From: Alteromonadaceae bacterium
GTDB lineage: Bacteria > Pseudomonadota > Gammaproteobacteria > Enterobacterales > Alteromonadaceae
Reading direction: 5' to 3'
Length of the DNA stretch: 32,000 nt
Assembly (NCBI GenBank): GCA_013373625.1
Contig: JABXHM010000052.1
Location: 1 to 32,000, forward strand
The notes below the pieces were generated by a model. That model had not been told where the DNA came from. It searched no databases and saw only the letters and a list, made by a program, of their open reading frames with translations. Each line of letters starts with the position of its first letter. Within the stretch, counting starts at the first letter, position 1. Shown piece after piece: positions 17,169 through 25,509 of this stretch. The translations under genes were made by a program, and so were the position numbers.

Positions 17169-17883
17169 TGTGTATAAACCGCGCGTTGTCGTGCTCACGG
17201 GGGCCGGCGTATCGGCTGAGTCTGGAATAAAAACCTTTCGTGACAATAATGGTTTATGGGAAAACCACCGTATTGAGGATGTCGCAACGCCTGAGGGCTT
17301 TGCTGCGAATCCCGATTTGGTTTATCAGTTTTACAATGATCGACGTGCACAATTGCAGGCACCGGATGTTACGCCCAATCAGGCGCATAAAGCGCTGGCT
17401 GAACTGGAGTCTGCGCTTGGTGAACAATTTTTACTGGTCACACAGAATGTTGATGATCTGCATGAACGTGCCGGAAGTGAGCGGGTGCTGCATATGCACG
17501 GTAAACTGCTGTCGGCACGCTGTTGCAACACGGGTAAAACGACGCAATGGTTAGACAGTTTCGATGCTCACACTGAATGCCGCTGCTGTTTTCCTGGCGC
17601 TCAGGTGCGCCCGGATATCGTCTGGTTTGGTGAAGTTCCCATGCATATGGACGAGATTATTCTAGCGCTGGCCAAAGCTGATGTGTTTATTGCAGTGGGT
17701 ACGTCAGGTCAGGTATATCCTGCAGCAAATTTCGTGGCAATGGCTGCAGACAGTGGTGCCAGAACCATCGAAATAAACCTTGAACCGAGCCAACAAAACA
17801 GTCTGTTTGACGAAAAAATTGTTGGTAAAGCAGGTAAGGTCTTACCTGAATTTGTTACCCACTTTATACGCGATTATTGCTAA
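17161..17883 (+). CDS. cobB: NAD-dependent protein deacylase (sirtuin CobB, short form)
   Basis: GAGVSAESGIKTFR, QNVDDLHERAG, HG, Zn-ribbon cysteines (CC...C.CC), VWFGE, GTSGQVYPAA. ATG at 17161 (MHDVYKPRVVVLTGAG) overlaps the sseA stop by 8 nt (ATGCATGA). The ORF-track start at 17104 would add 19 non-conserved residues inside sseA. Confidence 0.9.
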   Translation: MHDVYKPRVVVLTGAGVSAESGIKTFRDNNGLWENHRIEDVATPEGFAANPDLVYQFYNDRRAQLQAPDVTPNQAHKALAELESALGEQFLLVTQNVDDLHERAGSERVLHMHGKLLSARCCNTGKTTQWLDSFDAHTECRCCFPGAQVRPDIVWFGEVPMHMDEIILALAKADVFIAVGTSGQVYPAANFVAMAADSGARTIEINLEPSQQNSLFDEKIVGKAGKVLPEFVTHFIRDYC

Positions 17884-17895
17884 CAGGTAAGGTTC

Positions 17896-18522
17896 ATGGA
17901 ATATTTCAGTGAGTTTATCACGATTGCGTTGGTGCACTTAGTGGCCGTAGCCAGCCCCGGCCCCGACTTTGCTATTATTGTTCGCTACAGTGTTAGCTCT
18001 GGCAGGCGCCTCGCAATGTATGCCAGTATCGGCATAGGACTTGGCATATTACTCCATGTTGCCTACTCATTGGTGGGGTTAAGTGTCGTTATTAAAACCA
18101 CGCCCTGGCTTTATTCAGCTATTAGTTATTTGTCTGCCGCCTATTTGCTGTATTTAGCTTACGGTGCTCTGCGAAGTGGTCCCTCTGATTCTGCGGCAAC
18201 TGTTACAACTGATATAAAAAATAAGCCCATGACTGCAAGAAAGGCGCTGCTTAGTGGTTTTTTAACCAATGGGCTCAACCCTAAAGCCACCTTATTCTTT
18301 TTGTCACTCTTTACAGCCATTATCAATATAGAAACACCCGTTGAAATAAAAGCCTTGTATGGCCTGTATCTGGCATTTGCTACCGGCGTGTGGTTTTGTT
18401 TTTTGTCTTATTTACTGAGCACGTCAAAGGTTGCACGGTTAATAGGTGATAAAGGTTATTGGCTGGACCGGCTTATGGGTGTCGTTTTGGTTGCGTTGGC
18501 TGTCCGGCTGGTTACGTTGTAA
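17896..18522 (+). CDS. LysE/RhtB-family amino-acid exporter
   Basis: 208 aa, about 6 hydrophobic helices, N-terminal ASPGPDF motif typical of the LysE/RhtB family. SD AGGTAAGG upstream. Confidence 0.85.
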   Translation: MEYFSEFITIALVHLVAVASPGPDFAIIVRYSVSSGRRLAMYASIGIGLGILLHVAYSLVGLSVVIKTTPWLYSAISYLSAAYLLYLAYGALRSGPSDSAATVTTDIKNKPMTARKALLSGFLTNGLNPKATLFFLSLFTAIINIETPVEIKALYGLYLAFATGVWFCFLSYLLSTSKVARLIGDKGYWLDRLMGVVLVALAVRLVTL

Positions 18523-18608
18523 AGATCAGGCGCGTAAACATTTGGTGATTGGGTTCAACTGCTCCGCAGTGGTATACTCGCCCGCGACTAATTTAGAGAG
18601 AGATTCCC

Positions 18609-19355
18609 TTGAGCATTAACCGCGAATTGTCAGGCAATACTGATAATCTCCAACGTGCATTGGCTGGCCAGTACAAGTTTGATGTAAAGGCTTTGTTTAG
18701 TAACAGCCTGGCACAATATAAGAATAATTTAAACCTGCTGTTAAGTGCGACGGGCGTGCTTATGGCTATTGGTATATCAGCGACGTTTTTACTGTTTAAC
18801 TTACTTGAATTGGATATGACATCTGTTGAAAGTATGCAAAGCAGTAACGCGGGTATGTTAGACATTATCATGCTGATAATAATGTCCCCGTTGCTGGTCG
18901 GTTTTCGCATGATAGGCGTTAAAATCGCAGCAGGAGAAAAAGTCCGGATAAACGAGTTGAGTCAGTATTTTTCTTTCATACTGGTTCTGGTGGCCGCTAA
19001 TTTGCTGATCAGCTTATTGGTACAGGTTGGCCTGAGTTTGCTTATATTGCCCGGTATCTATGTGTATATGGTTACGCAGTTTGCTGTGGTTCTGCTGGCT
19101 AACCGTCGAGCAGGGTTATTACAGTCTATCGTTCTCTCGACTCGCGTTGTAAACCGCTATTTACTCCCATTCACGTTGATTTTATTGGCCTTCCTGATGA
19201 TGTTTTTACTGGTATTCGTTACCATTGGACTGGCGATGTTATGGGTTGGCCCAATGTATTCACTGGTAATGGGACGGTTGTATGTAGACCTGTTCGGCTA
19301 TGGTGACCCTGCCACGACTGACACAAAAACGAGAGACTCTATACTCGATGCATAA
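18609..19355 (+). CDS. Multi-pass inner-membrane protein of unknown function (YciC/DUF975-like topology)
   Basis: 248 aa with about 5-6 hydrophobic segments. TTG start preceded by GAGAGAG. The stop overlaps the next gene's ATG by 8 nt. Confidence 0.65.
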   Translation: MSINRELSGNTDNLQRALAGQYKFDVKALFSNSLAQYKNNLNLLLSATGVLMAIGISATFLLFNLLELDMTSVESMQSSNAGMLDIIMLIIMSPLLVGFRMIGVKIAAGEKVRINELSQYFSFILVLVAANLLISLLVQVGLSLLILPGIYVYMVTQFAVVLLANRRAGLLQSIVLSTRVVNRYLLPFTLILLAFLMMFLLVFVTIGLAMLWVGPMYSLVMGRLYVDLFGYGDPATTDTKTRDSILDA

Positions 19356-20139
19356 ACGGGAAACCAGCAAGATAATATTGATAGCGATAGCCATTATGGC
19401 GTTTGTTGTGATCATTGCCTGGATGACAAGTACGCGGGAACCTGACATCCTGGACGTACCAGAATCGGAACAAGCTGAAAAGCCGGTACCTGATTTTAAA
19501 GCAATTGAAGACTCCACAGAAAAAAAACTCGCATTTTTTGCTTATCTCAAACCTGAGGTAGAGAAGCAAAACAACTACCTGCTGAGTTTGCGCCATTATT
19601 TACAAACACTGCAAAGACAACTCAATGCTGGCAACCATCTCACCGAAGATGACAATGAACGGCTTATCTGGCTGGCCCAAGAATACCGCGTTGATGAAGA
19701 TATTCCAGCAGAACAACAAATTGCTGCTTTGCTCAATAAAGTCGATATTTTGCCGTTAGAAATGGTACTGATGCAGGCCGCAAATGAGTCGGCGTGGGGG
19801 ACGTCACGGTTTGCGCAAGATGGCTACAACTTTTATGGTTTGTGGTGTTACCAAAAGGGCTGTGGCTTTGTGCCTTCACGAAGAAATAGTGGTGCCACAC
19901 ACGAGGTAGCCAAGTTTTCTAACTTATCGCTTGCGACCTATACCTATATGCGCAACATTAATCGTCACGAGGCCTACAGTGAACTGCGTCATATCCGGGC
20001 TTCACTGCGCCGCGCGCAGTTACCGGTGACCGGCCTGGCGTTAGCAGAGGGTTTAATGAACTACTCCGAACGCGGCGCGGCGTACGTTAATGAGCTGCAA
20101 AGCATGATCCGCTTCAACCAAGAGTTAATGACCGAATGA
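19348..20139 (+). CDS. bax: Bax-like protein with a glucosaminidase (muramidase-type) domain and an N-terminal membrane anchor
   Basis: The AANESAWGTSRFAQDGYNFYGLWCY motif marks the mannosyl-glycoprotein endo-beta-N-acetylglucosaminidase fold. N-terminal anchor IILIAIAIMAFVVIIAW. ATG at 19348 gives an ATGCATAA overlap with the upstream stop. The ORF-track start at 19300 lies inside the upstream gene. Confidence 0.8.
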   Translation: MHKRETSKIILIAIAIMAFVVIIAWMTSTREPDILDVPESEQAEKPVPDFKAIEDSTEKKLAFFAYLKPEVEKQNNYLLSLRHYLQTLQRQLNAGNHLTEDDNERLIWLAQEYRVDEDIPAEQQIAALLNKVDILPLEMVLMQAANESAWGTSRFAQDGYNFYGLWCYQKGCGFVPSRRNSGATHEVAKFSNLSLATYTYMRNINRHEAYSELRHIRASLRRAQLPVTGLALAEGLMNYSERGAAYVNELQSMIRFNQELMTE

Positions 20140-20771
20140 TTCGTTTTTTATTAGTAATGCCGTTGCTTTTTGCGACACTGACATCCCACGCAGAACAAAT
20201 CGAAGTTGAATATAAACGATTTTATAGCCATATAAGTAAAATCGGCGATGACAGCACATCGGCGCTACAGTTTGCGTTTGGCTTCATGCATGTCCGCAAT
20301 AAAACGTTATGCCATATTCACAGCGCTACCATCGTAACGCAGAAAGTTGATATACCATTAACCGTTTCCCCCGAACAACGCTTTTTAGTGCCTAAAGAGA
20401 AGGCGCTTAAACTGGCCGATGCATCGATTGTTATCGATCTGGCGGAGGCGGCGAACCTATGTGATATGTCGGTTCAGCTAGAGACTACCGATAAGTATGT
20501 TAAACAGCAGTACAGCAGTGCAGATTTAGCCTTAATTAAAGCACAATACGATGCGTTTTTTGACGATATGGGCGGTTTTCTTTCCTTTATGATGCCTGCG
20601 GTAAGCGGCCTGAAAATTCAATTTGCAGATAAGAGCCTGAACCAAACGATAGTTGGCGCACCGCCTGTTACTAATGGCGCTTTAATTCTCGATAACTATT
20701 GGCTGGAGCAGGGAAAACCGCTCAATCTTCCTGTTAAACCGCTAAGAATAACTGCGTTGGCCGAAGAATAA
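20136..20771 (+). CDS. Secreted protein of unknown function (DUF2987-like)
   Basis: 211 aa with a signal peptide MIRFLLVMPLLFATLTSHA|EQ. ATGA overlap with the bax stop. I recall this protein type next to bax in Vibrio/Shewanella-type genomes, but I cannot verify that here. Confidence 0.6.
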   Translation: MIRFLLVMPLLFATLTSHAEQIEVEYKRFYSHISKIGDDSTSALQFAFGFMHVRNKTLCHIHSATIVTQKVDIPLTVSPEQRFLVPKEKALKLADASIVIDLAEAANLCDMSVQLETTDKYVKQQYSSADLALIKAQYDAFFDDMGGFLSFMMPAVSGLKIQFADKSLNQTIVGAPPVTNGALILDNYWLEQGKPLNLPVKPLRITALAEE

Positions 20772-20773
20772 AA

Positions 20774-21757
20774 TTAGTCCTCAAAAGGCAAGCGATGCTT
20801 GTCTTCGTTGGCTTCACTGTCAGATTCAGGGTTCGTGTTTAATGCTGATGGAGGCAATATCTCGTCCAATACCAATTGATAACGGATTTGCTCTGCCAGG
20901 CGCATCACCACTTTTTCACCGGTTTCACACATTTCTGCACAGCGGTGGAATTCCATTAACCCAATATCTGACAGCGGTGGCTCAATTAATATGTCTGGCG
21001 GCTCACCGGCGAGGCGTGAGCGTGTTACGCGGGCCTGCAAAATTTCCAGCGAACTGCTCATAACACTTAAAATACCAGGGGCTTGTTTACTGTTGTCTTT
21101 GGGTTCAGGGGAAAACCACTGACGTACAACGTCCTGGCTTTTCTTGAAAAAGTGTTCATTACGTTCTTGAGTTTCAACATGCCTGGCGGTTTCCCGGGCA
21201 ATTCGTAATGGCCTGAAATCAGCATTGAGATTGACTGCAATCACAAAGTCAGCACCTAACTGGCGACACAAATTTACCGGCACCGGGTTCACTACGGCAC
21301 CGTCTACCAGCCACCGATCCTGGTAAGCTATTGGCGAGAACAAGGCGGGGATCGCGCAAGAAGCCTGCACTGATTTACCCACATCGCCCGTGTTAAAAAC
21401 AACTTCACGACCGGAATACAGGTCGGTGGCTACACACGCAAACGGTTTTTCCATTGCCTCAAAGGTACTGGCACAAAAGTCACTTGATAGCTTGTCGAAG
21501 ACTTTCTGGCCGCTGGCAAGGCCACCGCGTCGAATTCCTATTCCCATCAGACTGAGCGTTTGCCACTCCGTTAGTGACGATGCCCACTCTTTAAGTTCAT
21601 TGAGCCGACCACTGGCATAGGCTGACCCCACATAAGCGCCAATAGAGCAACCGGCTACGACATCAATTTTAACGCCGAGCTTTTCCAGCGCCTGGATAAC
21701 GCCAATATGTGCCCATCCTCTGGATGCGCCGGAACCCAGCGCGATGCCGATTTTCAT
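20774..21757 (-). CDS. rssA: Patatin-like phospholipase (RssA family)
   Basis: 327 aa. Oxyanion GSGASRG, nucleophile elbow GCSIGA (GxSxG), catalytic DGA in LVDGAVVNP. Confidence 0.9.
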   Translation of the reverse strand: MKIGIALGSGASRGWAHIGVIQALEKLGVKIDVVAGCSIGAYVGSAYASGRLNELKEWASSLTEWQTLSLMGIGIRRGGLASGQKVFDKLSSDFCASTFEAMEKPFACVATDLYSGREVVFNTGDVGKSVQASCAIPALFSPIAYQDRWLVDGAVVNPVPVNLCRQLGADFVIAVNLNADFRPLRIARETARHVETQERNEHFFKKSQDVVRQWFSPEPKDNSKQAPGILSVMSSSLEILQARVTRSRLAGEPPDILIEPPLSDIGLMEFHRCAEMCETGEKVVMRLAEQIRYQLVLDEILPPSALNTNPESDSEANEDKHRLPFED

Positions 21758-21764
21758 AACATAC

Positions 21765-22694
21765 CTATTCAGTCAAATTAACGATGTTGATAGATTGCGC
21801 AGGCTGAACAGCGGTGTCTTGTGTTGTAAATTCAGGGGTATCAAAGGCTATATCACCATCTGGTTCTGGCTGACCGCTCGCTTTAATTGCTTTGAAGTCG
21901 TGCAGCTTGCTGTCAGCAAGATGAGATGGTGTTATGTTTTGCATGGCCCTGAACATTGACTCAATGCGGCCTGGAAAGCGTTTATTCCAGTCCTGCAACA
22001 TCATTTTGATGTTCTGTCGCTGCAAGTTTTCCTGTGAACCACATAAGTTACAAGGAATAATGGGAAATTCAACCGCTGCGGAATATTTTTCAATATCGGC
22101 TTCGTTACAGTAGGCAAGGGGGCGAATGACCACATGTTTGCCATCGTCGCTGACCAGTTTGGGCGGCATAGACTTTAATTTTCCGCCATGAAACATATTT
22201 AAAAACAACGTTTCTAACATGTCATCTCGATGATGGCCCAGGGCTATTTTCGTTGCGCCGAGTTCAGTTGCCGTGCGGTATAAAATGCCGCGGCGTAAGC
22301 GGGAGCATAGTGAACAAGTTGTTTTGCCTTCAGGGATCTTGTCTTTAACAATCGAGTATGTGTCTTCCTCTACGATTTTGTAATCGACCGCCAGGGTTTG
22401 TAAATATTCGGGTAAAATATGTTCTGGAAAGCCCGGTTGCTTTTGATCGAGATTTACAGCCACTATCTCAAATTTTATGGGGGCAATGCGTTGCAGGTAA
22501 AGTAGCACATCGAGCATCGTGTAGCTGTCTTTACCCCCAGACAAACACACCATTACCTTATCGCCGTCTTCAATCATGCCGAAGTCGTCAATGGCTTTGC
22601 CCACATTGCGGCGTAAGCGTTTTTGTAATTTATTAAAGCTGTATTTTTGTTTGGATTGTGTAGCAGTAGAAGCGCTATTAACCTGTAAACTCAT
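21765..22694 (-). CDS. ttcA: tRNA 2-thiocytidine(32) synthetase
   Basis: 309 aa. [18 protein letters not shown] and the PP-loop CLSGGKDS match E. coli TtcA. Cys motifs [10 protein letters not shown] and CNLCGSQ are present. Confidence 0.95.
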   Translation of the reverse strand: MSLQVNSASTATQSKQKYSFNKLQKRLRRNVGKAIDDFGMIEDGDKVMVCLSGGKDSYTMLDVLLYLQRIAPIKFEIVAVNLDQKQPGFPEHILPEYLQTLAVDYKIVEEDTYSIVKDKIPEGKTTCSLCSRLRRGILYRTATELGATKIALGHHRDDMLETLFLNMFHGGKLKSMPPKLVSDDGKHVVIRPLAYCNEADIEKYSAAVEFPIIPCNLCGSQENLQRQNIKMMLQDWNKRFPGRIESMFRAMQNITPSHLADSKLHDFKAIKASGQPEPDGDIAFDTPEFTTQDTAVQPAQSINIVNLTE

Positions 22695-22776
22695 TATATC
22701 CGATAACCCGTATTACGATACTTCCATTATACGTGAAGCGAATGGCAGGCGTCATCCTCAGCAAGTAAAAGAACGG

Positions 22777-22801
22777 AAAAAAGCCCGCTTTGCGATAGCG
22801 G
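22777..22801 (-). terminator. Putative rho-independent terminator after uspE
   Basis: On the minus strand: CCGCT-atcgcaa-AGCGG (22785-22801), followed by GCTTTTTT (22777-22784). It lies 21 nt after the uspE stop. The stem is short. Confidence 0.45.
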
Positions 22802-22821
22802 TCTGTCTTTCTTATAAAGTT

Positions 22822-23739
22822 TTAACTGATCGGGGTTTCAAATCCATCAGGTTTTATGGCCAGTACATCACAATTAAGCTCGTCAATAACATGTTCTGCA
22901 GTATTGCCAATCAGGGCTGCGGATAAGCCAACACGACCAACAGTACCAATGATCACCAGTTCAGCATCCAGGTCTCTAGCAATTTGCGGAATAACTTTCT
23001 CGGGGAGGCCTTCTTTCACGTGACAGTTATCCAGAGGAACTGAAAAACGCATGCTGTGACTTTCCATTTCTTGCAGATGATGATTTTTCACCGACGCGTT
23101 ATAGGTATCAGGGTCAAACTCAGGTACTTCTATTGCAATGTTGAGTGGCGTACCGGGAAAGCTGTTTGCTAAATGTACATGACCACTTAACAGCGTAGCG
23201 TAATCCTGAGCTATGGTAGTAAGGCGATCGTTAAGTTTTGCATGTTCCTGATCTTCGGTGCCAACGTTGACTGCGGCGATAATATTGCCATTTTGTGGCC
23301 AGTCATGTTCTTTTACCAAAAGAACGGGAGTAGGGCATTTGCGAATGAGGTGCCAGTCAGTGGGGGTGAAAATGACTGAACGTAAACTGTCATGCGAGCG
23401 CGTCGCTTTAACAACAATATCTGCTTTACTGGCAATAGCGAATTTAATGATGGCTTCATAAGGGCGATTATTCCATTCAACAGCTACCTCAATTGGACAG
23501 TCATAATCAGACAACTGCTCAGTTAACCAGTCGGTACGTTCTTTAACAACGGCTTGTCGCATTGCTTCGCGTTCTTCTCCGGACAACATGGTGGTCATCT
23601 CGTAGGAAAAATCATAGATGGTCATAAATGCTGTAATGGAGGCGCCTGTTTTTGAAGCCAGTTCCTGCGCGCGGGAAATGGCCGGCTGAGTATCACGCTC
23701 GGGCTCAATCACGGCGAGTATACGGGTATATTGGATCAT
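22822..23739 (-). CDS. uspE: Universal stress protein E (tandem Usp domains)
   Basis: Collinear with E. coli UspE (ILAVIEPERDTQPAISRA, IYDFSYEMT, two Usp halves, VIIGTVGRVGLSAALIGNTAEHV). ATG at 23739 is preceded by GAGGAG. The ORF-track start at 23754 is a TTG inside that SD. Confidence 0.92.
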   Translation of the reverse strand: MIQYTRILAVIEPERDTQPAISRAQELASKTGASITAFMTIYDFSYEMTTMLSGEEREAMRQAVVKERTDWLTEQLSDYDCPIEVAVEWNNRPYEAIIKFAIASKADIVVKATRSHDSLRSVIFTPTDWHLIRKCPTPVLLVKEHDWPQNGNIIAAVNVGTEDQEHAKLNDRLTTIAQDYATLLSGHVHLANSFPGTPLNIAIEVPEFDPDTYNASVKNHHLQEMESHSMRFSVPLDNCHVKEGLPEKVIPQIARDLDAELVIIGTVGRVGLSAALIGNTAEHVIDELNCDVLAIKPDGFETPIS

Positions 23740-23806
23740 AATGACGCTCCTCAAAAAGGTACATTATGAGTGTAAGTCGGGTTTCGCTGTTTCTCCAGTT
23801 TCTCTT

Positions 23807-23820
23807 TTGCGCAGGATCAA
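23807..23820. promoter_or_regulatory. FNR-like box upstream of uspE
   Basis: TTGCG-cagg-ATCAA matches the FNR consensus TTGAT-N4-ATCAA at 8 of 10 positions. It lies between the fnr stop and the uspE start, about 45 nt upstream of a CATAAT -10 candidate (23763-23768). Confidence 0.35.
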
Positions 23821-23847
23821 AGTCACCCTGAAAAAACAGCCAGTTTA

Positions 23848-24585
23848 TTAGCCAACAGTGGTGGAGGGGATATCCATGCTATGGAGTTTCTTATCCATGG
23901 CTTCAAAGTCGATAATTGTTATGAGTTTGCCATCAACCTCAATGATATTTTCCTTTTGGAAACGGGTGAGTAGCCTGGAAATAGTCTCAACCGTTAAGCC
24001 GAGATAATTGCCTATTTCGTTACGTGTCATGCTGAGGTTGAACTGTTTAGGCGAAAAACCGCGGTCTTCAAAGCGCTTTGACAGGTGTGCCAAAAAGTAA
24101 ATCAGGCGCTCTTCGGCAGTTCGCTTATTTAATAACATCATTAAATCATGGTCGTGTTTAATTTCGGCGCTCATAAAACTCATGATCTGATGTCGTAACT
24201 TGGGCAACTGAACAGACATTTGATCCAGCGTGTCATACGGAAGCTCACACACCATGGCGGTTTCAAGCGCCTGGGTATAGCTCGGGTGGGTACTTTCACG
24301 CAGGGCATCAAAGCCAATAATGTCGCCCGGAAAATGAAATCCGATGATTTGTTCTTCGCCATCCTTACTGGTTACAAATGACTTAAACGACCCCGACCTG
24401 ACAGCATACAGAGAATGAAAACTGTCGCCTGCTTTTACGAGCTTATCATTTTTATGCAGCGGCTTTTTGCGTTCAATAATATCGTCCAGAGAGTCCATTT
24501 CTGTTTTATTTAACGAAACAGGTAAACATAAATGACTAAAACTACAACTCTGGCAATGTATAGAAAATTCGGAGCCTTTTGACAT
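23848..24585 (-). CDS. fnr: Oxygen-sensing transcriptional regulator FNR (CRP/FNR family)
   Basis: 245 aa. N-terminal Fe-S cysteine cluster [11 protein letters not shown] plus the central MVCELP Cys. DNA-recognition helix [11 protein letters not shown] matches FNR's E--SR motif. Collinear with E. coli FNR. Confidence 0.95.
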   Translation of the reverse strand: MSKGSEFSIHCQSCSFSHLCLPVSLNKTEMDSLDDIIERKKPLHKNDKLVKAGDSFHSLYAVRSGSFKSFVTSKDGEEQIIGFHFPGDIIGFDALRESTHPSYTQALETAMVCELPYDTLDQMSVQLPKLRHQIMSFMSAEIKHDHDLMMLLNKRTAEERLIYFLAHLSKRFEDRGFSPKQFNLSMTRNEIGNYLGLTVETISRLLTRFQKENIIEVDGKLITIIDFEAMDKKLHSMDIPSTTVG

Positions 24586-24611
24586 AAAAAACGTTCCCTT
24601 GTGAGCTTAGC

Positions 24612-25280
24612 TCAATTAATACTATTTAGCGTACGATAAATCAAGAAAAGTGCATATACTATGAGGCCTGTTGCAACCAAAGTACGCGTCGTGTTTTGCT
24701 GTAGAAGCGTTATTATCCAGCCAGCACCAATACTGACGGATACCAGTGCAGGTAAAGTGCCAAGGCCAAACGCTGCCATGGTAAGTGCGCCTTGTAGTGC
24801 GTCACCCGATACCAGAGCCCAGGTTAAGGTTGAATATACCAGTCCACAAGGCAGCCATCCCCAGATAAACCCGTATGGATAAGCTGACAGGGGACTTTTA
24901 AAAGGCAGAAACCTTTTAGATAGGGGGCGAATGCGTTTCCATACCCCCTGGCCAAGCTGCTCTATTCGGGCTAGCCCACGCCACCATTGAGCCAGATACA
25001 AACCCATAGCAAGTAGCATTAATGCGCTTAATATCTGAAAGATAGCCAGACCATGCGCTACCGACGTTTGCGCTATCTGACCTAATCCGCCGGTAATACA
25101 GCCTGCAATAGCGTAGCTGGTTATACGGCCAAAATTATAGCTGAGTATATAGGGGAGCGAGGTTTTATTGCCTGGTATTGCAGCGCGCAGTGCGCCGGCG
25201 ATGCCGCCACACATACCTACACAATGCAGCGAGCCGGCAAGACCCACTATAAAAGCCGAAATAAAGCCAAAGTCATTCAT
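24612..25280 (-). CDS. DsbD_2 / TauE-SafE-like integral membrane protein with an HCxxMCGG motif, coupled to ccoS
   Basis: About 222 aa from ATG at 25280 (MNDFGFISAFIVGLAGSLHCVGMCGGIAG), with about 6 TM segments and a second WLPCG motif. The start overlaps the ccoS stop by 8 nt (ATGAATGA). The ORF-track start at 25409 runs through ccoS in another frame. Confidence 0.8.
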   Translation of the reverse strand: MNDFGFISAFIVGLAGSLHCVGMCGGIAGALRAAIPGNKTSLPYILSYNFGRITSYAIAGCITGGLGQIAQTSVAHGLAIFQILSALMLLAMGLYLAQWWRGLARIEQLGQGVWKRIRPLSKRFLPFKSPLSAYPYGFIWGWLPCGLVYSTLTWALVSGDALQGALTMAAFGLGTLPALVSVSIGAGWIITLLQQNTTRTLVATGLIVYALFLIYRTLNSIN

Positions 25281-25500
25281 TGGGAGGTACTGCGGTATCC
25301 GTGTCTTTCGCCTTCGCAGTAGCGGAGCTGGCTGGCGGCTTTTGGCGCTGTTCCTCAGGTAAGTCATCATCAAACAATATGCTATACCCCTGACGTTCCA
25401 GATCTTCAAACTGATTCGAGCGTACGGCCCAAAAAAAGATCCCTAAAGCCACTGCAACAATAATGATTGCCAGTGGGATCAAGACATAAATAATACTCAC
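25273..25500 (-). CDS. ccoS: cbb3-type cytochrome oxidase maturation protein CcoS/FixS
   Basis: 75 aa. GTG start after AAGGTAG. N-terminus MSIIYVLIPLAIIIVAVALGIFFWAVRSNQFEDLE is the canonical CcoS single-TM motif. Confidence 0.9.
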   Translation of the reverse strand: MSIIYVLIPLAIIIVAVALGIFFWAVRSNQFEDLERQGYSILFDDDLPEEQRQKPPASSATAKAKDTDTAVPPNE

Positions 25501-25509
25501 TTCGCTACC

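Noticed and set aside
24602-24614. Palindrome TGAGC-tta-GCTCA just upstream of fnr, considered as an FNR autoregulation or CRP site
   Set aside because: The half-site spacing (N3 between 5-mers) fits neither FNR (TTGAT-N4-ATCAA) nor CRP (TGTGA-N6-TCACA). It also overlaps the stop codon of the upstream gene, so it may be coincidental.
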